Shown here: positions 58,145 to 64,000 of the stretch, piece after piece
How the letters are laid out: the number at the start of each line of letters is the position of its first letter
Position numbering within the stretch: the first letter of the stretch is position 1
Translations under genes and position numbers: made by a program
Notes under the pieces: model-generated
Database searches by the model: none
What the model was told of the DNA's origin: nothing
The model's input: only the letters and a program-made list of their open reading frames with translations
Source of the DNA: an uncultured bacterium
GTDB lineage: Bacteria; Patescibacteriota; Minisyncoccia; Phycocordibacterales; PALSA-1337
Direction: 5' to 3'
Length of the DNA: 64,000 bases
Assembly (NCBI GenBank): GCA_963848635.1
Contig: CAWKEA010000005.1
Coordinates: forward strand, 426,810-490,809

Positions 58145-58759
58145 ATGCTCCATATACTCCATGCTTTTCTTGATCCTATTTTTTTGATTAAGACTCTCGG
58201 CCTTGTCGGCGTGCTTTGCATCGTGTTCGCAGAGTCGGGGCTTTTCTTCGGTTTCTTTTTTCCGGGCGATTCGCTCCTATTCACGGCTGGTTTTCTTGCT
58301 TCGCAGGGATTTCTTCCTCCCGTTTGGCTTTTTGTCGGTGCTTTTGTCGCGGCAGTTCTCGGCGATAGCGTCGGCTACGCTTTTGGCAAGAAGATCGGTC
58401 CAAAGATATTCACCAAGGAAGACTCTTTGTTCTTCAGCAAAAGACATATCGAGCGGTCGGAGCGTTTCTATGAAAAATACGGAAAGAAGACCATTATCTT
58501 GGCCCGCTTCATTCCTATCGTGCGCACATTCGCTCCGATATTGGCTGGGGTCGGCGCGATGAGCTATCGGACCTTTATCTCATACAACCTCATTGGCGGC
58601 CTCATTTGGTCGGTCGGCATCACGGCTCTCGGCTTCGGCCTTGGTGCTGTCGTGCCGGATGCTGATTCATATATAACGCCGATCATCGTCCTCATCATTA
58701 TTGCCTCGCTCATTCCGCCAGCGATAGAGTATATGAAAACAAAGGTAAAGAAAACTTGA
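58145..58759 (+). CDS. DedA family protein
   Basis: FAESGLFFGFFFPGDSLLF, ARFIPIVRTFAP. Confidence 0.93.
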   Translation: MLHILHAFLDPIFLIKTLGLVGVLCIVFAESGLFFGFFFPGDSLLFTAGFLASQGFLPPVWLFVGAFVAAVLGDSVGYAFGKKIGPKIFTKEDSLFFSKRHIERSERFYEKYGKKTIILARFIPIVRTFAPILAGVGAMSYRTFISYNLIGGLIWSVGITALGFGLGAVVPDADSYITPIIVLIIIASLIPPAIEYMKTKVKKT

Positions 58760-58836
58760 ACCTGGATCTTGTATTTCTTGCCCCTGTATTTCTTTACCCC
58801 TTTATACTTTCGTGCTTGTGCGTTAGAATATTGGGA

Positions 58837-59799
58837 ATGAAGACGCCCTCTTTCTTTAAGTTTTTTCCACCGCCGAAATTTCTGGAAATGCCGTACGCCG
58901 GCATAGACATATCCGATTCATCCATCCATTGCCTCATGTACCGTCATAGCCATCTCGGCCTCAAAATAGACCGTTTCGGCTCGAGGCCTTTGTCAAAAGG
59001 GATCGTGGAGTCTGGAATCATCCGCGACGACAAAGCTTTGATTTCTGTCATCAGATCGCTTGCCGACGAATTGAAAGTGACGTATGTAAAGGCGTCTTTA
59101 CCAGAAGAGCGGATGTATCTTTTCAAGACCGAAGTGCCTGACGGCACCGCGGCGGAGATCCATGAGAATATAGAATTGCGCCTTGATGAGAACGTCCCTT
59201 TTCCGCCCCAGGACGCGGTCTTTTATTTCGATCTGATCAAAGACCTCGTCCCTGCGGGCAAGCACACGGCTTCTGTTTCTGTCGCTCCACGCAAATTTGT
59301 CGAGGATTATCTATCGGTCCTTGAAGCGGCGGGACTGGTGCCTGTCTCCTTTGAGATAGTGCCAAAATCATTGGCTCGGGCTGTCGTGCCGTCTCTTGAC
59401 ACCGATACCAAGCTCATAATACACCTCATGGCTGACAAATTCGGCATCTACATAGTCGACGAAGGCGTCGTACTTTTTACCTCGACGATACCGCTCAATC
59501 CTACGGATACCTCGTACGAATCAAATATCGAACCAATAAGGTCAGAAATAAGCAAAGTCTACGGATATTGGGGCGAACATGGCCAAGGCGATGGCGTCAG
59601 CGAGATCATTCTTTGCGGCCAATATGCCACGGGAGTCGCCGCCGCTCTCTCCGAAAAAACTCAGAACCTTTCGAAGATGCGCCCAGCCGATGTCTGGACG
59701 AATGCATTCTCGTATGACGCCTATATTCCACCGATCTCACGGGATGAATCGCTGGAATATGCAGTGGCGGCAGGGTTGGCTTTGCCTAAATATCATTGA
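58837..59799 (+). CDS. pilM: PilM-like pilus alignment protein
   Basis: AGIDISDSSI, GIVESG.I, AVAAGLAL actin-like motifs; start moved to MKTPS. Confidence 0.75.
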   Translation: MKTPSFFKFFPPPKFLEMPYAGIDISDSSIHCLMYRHSHLGLKIDRFGSRPLSKGIVESGIIRDDKALISVIRSLADELKVTYVKASLPEERMYLFKTEVPDGTAAEIHENIELRLDENVPFPPQDAVFYFDLIKDLVPAGKHTASVSVAPRKFVEDYLSVLEAAGLVPVSFEIVPKSLARAVVPSLDTDTKLIIHLMADKFGIYIVDEGVVLFTSTIPLNPTDTSYESNIEPIRSEISKVYGYWGEHGQGDGVSEIILCGQYATGVAAALSEKTQNLSKMRPADVWTNAFSYDAYIPPISRDESLEYAVAAGLALPKYH

Positions 59800-60353
59800 A
59801 AAACATGTATCACGCTCTTCTTCCACAAAAAACCGTTAGAATGTTGAAAAATGAATATCATATTAGGTTTTTCGTCGTCTTCCTTTTCTTTGTCTCATTA
59901 GCTGTCTCAATCGCTTCGATTTTTCTCTTTCCGTCGTATCTCATCTCAAGCCTCGGTGAAAAATCGGCCGCAGTTGAGGCAGAATCGGCCAAAAACGGCA
60001 TCGCCACAGACACAAGCTTCGTGACAGCCGGCCTGTCATCTGCGGGAGCTTTGATTTCAGCGATCTCTTCGTCTGTTTCGCCACCACTGTCACCAGCCAT
60101 CCTGCGCGTGGCCTCTCTCCGTCCCAAGGGCATCAAGATAACTTCATTCGACATATCCTCTGCCGGTCCTCTATCTGCCGCGCTGACGATAAATGGCACT
60201 GCCGCGACCCGTGACGATCTGGTGACATTCAAGAATGTCCTCGAAGGAGACAGCGTTTTTTCCAATGTAGAAGAGCCGATCTCTGATCTTGCGTCCGCAG
60301 AAAATATTCAGTTTTCAATGCAGATGTCAGCCGCTCTATCTTCGTCACAATAA
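59796..60353 (+). CDS. PilN-like protein
   Basis: LLP N-motif, TM, I.G.A.TRDDL..F...L....FSNV. Confidence 0.65.
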   Translation: MKNMYHALLPQKTVRMLKNEYHIRFFVVFLFFVSLAVSIASIFLFPSYLISSLGEKSAAVEAESAKNGIATDTSFVTAGLSSAGALISAISSSVSPPLSPAILRVASLRPKGIKITSFDISSAGPLSAALTINGTAATRDDLVTFKNVLEGDSVFSNVEEPISDLASAENIQFSMQMSAALSSSQ

Positions 60354-60358
60354 GAATC

Positions 60359-60898
60359 ATGACAAAAATCAGATCACAGCATTATCTTTTGTTCATTCTA
60401 TCTGTTTTGGCTTTTTGCGCCGCTGTTTTGGCATACGCATTCTTGTACAAGGCCGTTGTCAAAAAAGCCGAGGAGGAATCCGCTGTGCAGTCGGAAGTTC
60501 AGGCGGCTTCCAAACAGGCTCTTCAAGCAAAAGACATGAAAACGGAATATGGCAGCACGGTCGCTGACAGGGCTCTTCTGCCGTCATTCCTCGTTTCACA
60601 GGACGATGCGGTCCCATTCATCGACGCAGTCGAAGCTATCGGATCATCGACTGGAGCTAGTATCACGATATCATCGCTTTCTTCGGCGATTGGAGATTCA
60701 TCTCACAAGGTCGTGACAGCGACCATATCCATGTCAGGCGCCTGGGCAAGCGTCATCCGATCCATTGAGATCATTGAAGATATACCGTATGCTATTTCCA
60801 TCAAGGACCTGCATATGGACGCTTTTTCAGACTCGTCAAAAAGTTCAAATATCCAATGGACTGCTGGGCTCGACATATCCGTCCTTTCATCGCTATGA
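60359..60898 (+). CDS. PilO-like protein
   Basis: TM, coiled coil, G.W..V...I..IE..P motif; follows pilM-pilN. Confidence 0.6.
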   Translation: MTKIRSQHYLLFILSVLAFCAAVLAYAFLYKAVVKKAEEESAVQSEVQAASKQALQAKDMKTEYGSTVADRALLPSFLVSQDDAVPFIDAVEAIGSSTGASITISSLSSAIGDSSHKVVTATISMSGAWASVIRSIEIIEDIPYAISIKDLHMDAFSDSSKSSNIQWTAGLDISVLSSL

Positions 60899-61242
60899 AT
60901 ATACAAAATTATCTTCATCATAAGAGGCCTCACAAGATCGTATTTTCTTCCGAGCATGTCTCATGGTACGAACGCCTGAGCGAAGATGCTTATGTCGGTT
61001 GGGTCGTGATCATGTCGATAAGCCTCGTGACGGCTCTTGCTCTCATAATCTATGCAGTATGGCTATTCTTTCTCATCGATTCGGGTAAAATCGTATCTCC
61101 TCAATCTGCTATGCCCGCATCGAATCATATTGACTTCGATGAAAATTCTCTCGAGAGCGTCATTTCATCGTTTTCGGCAAAAAATTCTGCTACAGCCGTC
61201 CTTTTGAAGAGCTATGATGGCCCGTCGGATCCATCAAACTAG
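60895..61242 (+). CDS. Small membrane protein (pilMNO operon)
   Basis: ATGA overlap with the upstream stop; one TM. Confidence 0.55.
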   Translation: MNIQNYLHHKRPHKIVFSSEHVSWYERLSEDAYVGWVVIMSISLVTALALIIYAVWLFFLIDSGKIVSPQSAMPASNHIDFDENSLESVISSFSAKNSATAVLLKSYDGPSDPSN

Positions 61243-61293
61243 CGTTCGATAGGATTGCATCGCTTGTTCCTTCTGATATAGTGCTTTGTGTAC

Positions 61294-61365
61294 GCTCCCG
61301 TAGTTCAATGGATAGAACAGGACTCTTCTAAGGTCTTGATGTAGGTTCGATTCCTACCGGGAGCA
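61294..61365 (+). tRNA. tRNA-Arg(TCT)
   Basis: GGACT-CTTCTAA-GGTCT; GGTTCGATTCC. Confidence 0.93.
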
Positions 61366-61508
61366 CTGAAATTGCCGTAGAGATTCTATGGCTCAAACAC
61401 AGGCTATTTTGCCGTGTATATTTCCACATGTTGCTCATTTATGGCCAAGGGTTAGGTGTTATACTTGAAACAGGTCAAAAATTTATAAGCATTAATTTTT
61501 ATAACGCA

Positions 61509-61757
61509 ATGAAAGCAACACATGTCGTTTCCTTCATTCTTCTCGCCATCGGCGGGTTGAACTGGGGTCTCGTAGGTCTTGGTATTTGGTTCGGCGGAAA
61601 TTGGAATCTTGTTTGGTTGATCCTCGGTTCGTGGCCGTGGATTGAAGCCCTCGTCTACGTCCTTGTCGGTGTCGCTACGCTCGTCCTCATCTTTACCCAC
61701 AAGAAGCATTGCAAGGAGTGCGAGGTCAAGGCTCCAACACCTGCTCCGACGATGTAA
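61509..61757 (+). CDS. DUF378 family membrane protein
   Basis: LLAIGGLNWGLVG...VYVLVG. Confidence 0.88.
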   Translation: MKATHVVSFILLAIGGLNWGLVGLGIWFGGNWNLVWLILGSWPWIEALVYVLVGVATLVLIFTHKKHCKECEVKAPTPAPTM

Positions 61758-61780
61758 TCACCGTCCGGCATTTGGAAAAG

Positions 61781-61806
61781 AAAAGCACCCGATGCGGGTG
61801 TTTTTT
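61781..61806. terminator. Terminator between convergent DUF378 and purD
   Basis: AAAAGCACCCG-ATG-CGGGTGTTTTTT. Confidence 0.7.
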
Positions 61807-61808
61807 CT

Positions 61809-63062
61809 TTATAATGATTTTGATCCAATGTCTTTTCTGCAGTGCATGCCCTTAAAAGAAATGTTCACGACGGCCTTATAAGCTTTTGCTAAATATTCTT
61901 TTATATCATTGCTGGCGGCTGTGACTCCAAGCACTCGGCCGCCGTTTGTGACGACCCTACTGCCGACTGTTTTTGTGCCAGCGTGAAAGTTGACAATATT
62001 CTTGCCAACTTTTTCTAGGCCATGTATTGTCATTCCTTTCTTATATGCGCCAGGATATCCCTCCGAGGCACATACAACGCAACAGGCTGATTCATTCGAC
62101 CAGTTAACTTTTTGCTCTTGAAGAGTGCCATTGACACAAGCAAGCAAAAGCTCATTCAGATCGGTTTCAAGTATGCGCATATATGACTGCGTCTCTGGAT
62201 CGCCAAAACGCGCATTGAATTCGATGACCTTCGGCCCATCTTTGGTAACCATTATCCCAGGGAATAGAATTCCCTTGAACGGCCTGCCCCTCTTTTTCAA
62301 AGCCATGAGTGTCGGCAACACGATTTTCTCTTTTATTTCTCGCATGAGCGTATATGTCACCCATGGCACCGGTGCAATCGTACCCATTCCGCCTGTGTTT
62401 GGGCCTTTGTCATCATCAAAAATCCTTTTGTGGTCTTGTGAAGCCGGAAACATGATGGCGTGTTCGCCATCGCAGAACGCATGTATGGATATTTCTTTTC
62501 CTTCCAAATATTCCTCAATTACTATCTCATTTCCCGCTGCGCCAAACAGCTTTTCTTGCATCATTTCTTTCAACGCTTCCTCTGCTAGTTCCAAGTTTTC
62601 GGCCACGACTACGCCTTTGCCCAGAGCCAATCCGTCGGCTTTTATGACAAGGGGGAACTCTTGATTTTTTATATATTTGCGAGCTTCAGCATAATCTTTA
62701 AAAGTCTTGAACCTTGCGCTAGGTATGCCTTCATCCTTCATCAATTTCTTTGCATATGACTTTGACCATTCTATTTCGGCCGCCGCCTTCGTTGGCCCAA
62801 ATACTTTTATTCCAAGCGCTTGAATCTTGTCTACGATTCCTTCAGCCAAATAATTATCCGGCCCGACGACAACAAGGTCGACTGGGTTTTCCTTTAACCA
62901 ATCGACGACATCATCCGTCTTTGAAAGTTCAAGGTTCTTTGCTAAAAGGGAAGTGCCAGCATTGCCAGGTGCCACAAATATGCTCTTTACTTTTTTTGAT
63001 TGCTTTAATTTCCACACGAGCGCATGCTCTCTGCCGCCATTTCCGACTACGAGTATGTTCAT
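61809..63062 (-). CDS. purD: Phosphoribosylamine-glycine ligase
   Basis: MNILVVGNGGREHAL, KADGLALGKGV, GPNTGGMG, EFNARFGDPE; start moved to 63062. Confidence 0.96.
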   Translation of the reverse strand: MNILVVGNGGREHALVWKLKQSKKVKSIFVAPGNAGTSLLAKNLELSKTDDVVDWLKENPVDLVVVGPDNYLAEGIVDKIQALGIKVFGPTKAAAEIEWSKSYAKKLMKDEGIPSARFKTFKDYAEARKYIKNQEFPLVIKADGLALGKGVVVAENLELAEEALKEMMQEKLFGAAGNEIVIEEYLEGKEISIHAFCDGEHAIMFPASQDHKRIFDDDKGPNTGGMGTIAPVPWVTYTLMREIKEKIVLPTLMALKKRGRPFKGILFPGIMVTKDGPKVIEFNARFGDPETQSYMRILETDLNELLLACVNGTLQEQKVNWSNESACCVVCASEGYPGAYKKGMTIHGLEKVGKNIVNFHAGTKTVGSRVVTNGGRVLGVTAASNDIKEYLAKAYKAVVNISFKGMHCRKDIGSKSL

Positions 63063-63082
63063 GTTCCAATTATACCTAAAAA

Positions 63083-63451
63083 GTGCGCGATGCAGGACTC
63101 GGTCACGGGTCTCGCCGGCATGCGGCTCGCCCGCGACCCCGCCTCCTTCGCCGCTATTCGCTTCGCTCATATCGCGGCTTCAGTCCGGCTTTCTCGTCCA
63201 TAGCATTGCGTCATCGAATTTGAAAATGACTAGCCAAAGCCAGTCATTTTCAAATTTGTGCGCGATGCAGGACTCGGTCACGGGTCTCGCCGGCATGCGG
63301 CTCGCCCGCGACCCCGCCTCCTTCGCCGCTATTCGCTTCGCTCATATCGCGGCTTCAGTCCGGCTTTCTCGTCCATAGCATTGCGTCATCGAATTTGAAA
63401 ATGACTAGCCAAAGCCAGTCATTTTCAAATTTGTGCGCGATGCAGGACTCG
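63083..63451 (-). repeat. 175-bp tandem units bounded by tRNA-Val 3'-end copies
   Basis: GTGCGCGATGCAGGACTCG at 63083, 63258 and 63433 (third is the tRNA itself); two apparently identical units. Confidence 0.92.
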
Positions 63452-63506
63452 AACCTGCGACCAATCGAATGTAAATCGATTGCTCTACCAACTGAGCTAA
63501 TCGCGC
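63434..63506 (-). tRNA. tRNA-Val(TAC)
   Basis: Reverse complement GCGCGATTAGCTCAGTTGGTAGAGC-A-ATCGA-TTTACAT-TCGAT...GGTTCGAGTCCTGCATCGCGCA. Confidence 0.95.
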
Positions 63507-63597
63507 AGCAATGAAAGCATAGCGGAAAATCGATACTTAATCAATCAACACGCCTTTTACGTTCCTTGAATATATTATATGTAGTATAATACTCAGT

Positions 63598-64000
63598 GTG
63601 ATCAATAAAAAACTAAAAGCAATTGGTTTGAGGCAAAGAGGTCTATCTGTGAGGGATATATCTCATAAATTAGGTGCGGCTCGAGGCAGTGTAAGTACGT
63701 GGGTTAAAGAGGTTGTTCTTTCAAAGGAACAAAAACTCAAGCTCAAACAATATTCTCATTCTCCAGAAATCATCGAGAAGCGCCGTCAGAGCAGGTTGAA
63801 AAATGAGGATATTAAGAGAAAAAAGATTATGAATATTGCCGCGAGTTCAGTTCCTTTTTTGACCAAGGAAAGTTTATTTATTCTTGGAATAGGCCTGTAT
63901 TGGGCAGAGGGAGGAAAGTCTAATAGGGGGATGGCACGCATTTCTAATAGTGACCCAGCGATGATAAAAATAGTAATGAGATTTTTTAGAGAGATTTGTC
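63598..64000 (+). CDS. HTH + LAGLIDADG-like hypothetical protein (partial; paralog of 28484-29161)
   Basis: Hand-translated MINKKLKAIGLRQRGLSVRDISHKLGAARGSVSTWVK...GIGLYWAEGGKS...SNSDPAMI; runs off the window end. Confidence 0.75.
   Translation, partial: MINKKLKAIGLRQRGLSVRDISHKLGAARGSVSTWVKEVVLSKEQKLKLKQYSHSPEIIEKRRQSRLKNEDIKRKKIMNIAASSVPFLTKESLFILGIGLYWAEGGKSNRGMARISNSDPAMIKIVMRFFREIC

Noticed and set aside
63063-63170. N-terminal extension of PurD in the ORF track
   Set aside because: It is translated repeat sequence; PurD homology and a -10 box place the start at 63062
63083-63432. Hammerhead ribozyme in the tRNA-associated units
   Set aside because: GAAA and a three-way junction are present, but there is no correctly placed CUGANGA core or NUH cleavage site in either the Val or Pro unit

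Overview
Origin-proximal chromosomal window from a small-genome bacterium. Gene content and style (rpmH-rnpA-yidC, a relaxase-free T4SS-like cluster, split type IV pilus loci, short trigger factor, few biosynthetic genes) point to Patescibacteria/Parcubacteria (CPR); this is inference, not a database result. The window has about 60 CDS, 7 tRNAs (none encodes CCA), an IS481-like element with a 5-bp target duplication, a parS-like/DnaA-box cluster, and several pseudogene remnants. Most unusual: structured, ncRNA-like units downstream of tRNA-Val(TAC) and tRNA-Pro(TGG). They are bounded by copies of the tRNA 3' end, carry an antisense segment matched to their own tRNA, and share a GGAY-nn-GAAA-[stem]-GGTC[stem]GACC-GARTCC architecture. 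Each of the two tRNA loci lies near a paralog of an uncharacterised HTH + LAGLIDADG-like protein. Also notable: a dispersed and tandem REP-like element with compensatory changes, pervasive leaderless-type -10 boxes, perfect 26-28 bp palindromes around a xer gene, and two hairpin-rich non-coding tracts. Coordinates and pairings were read by eye and may be off by a few bases.
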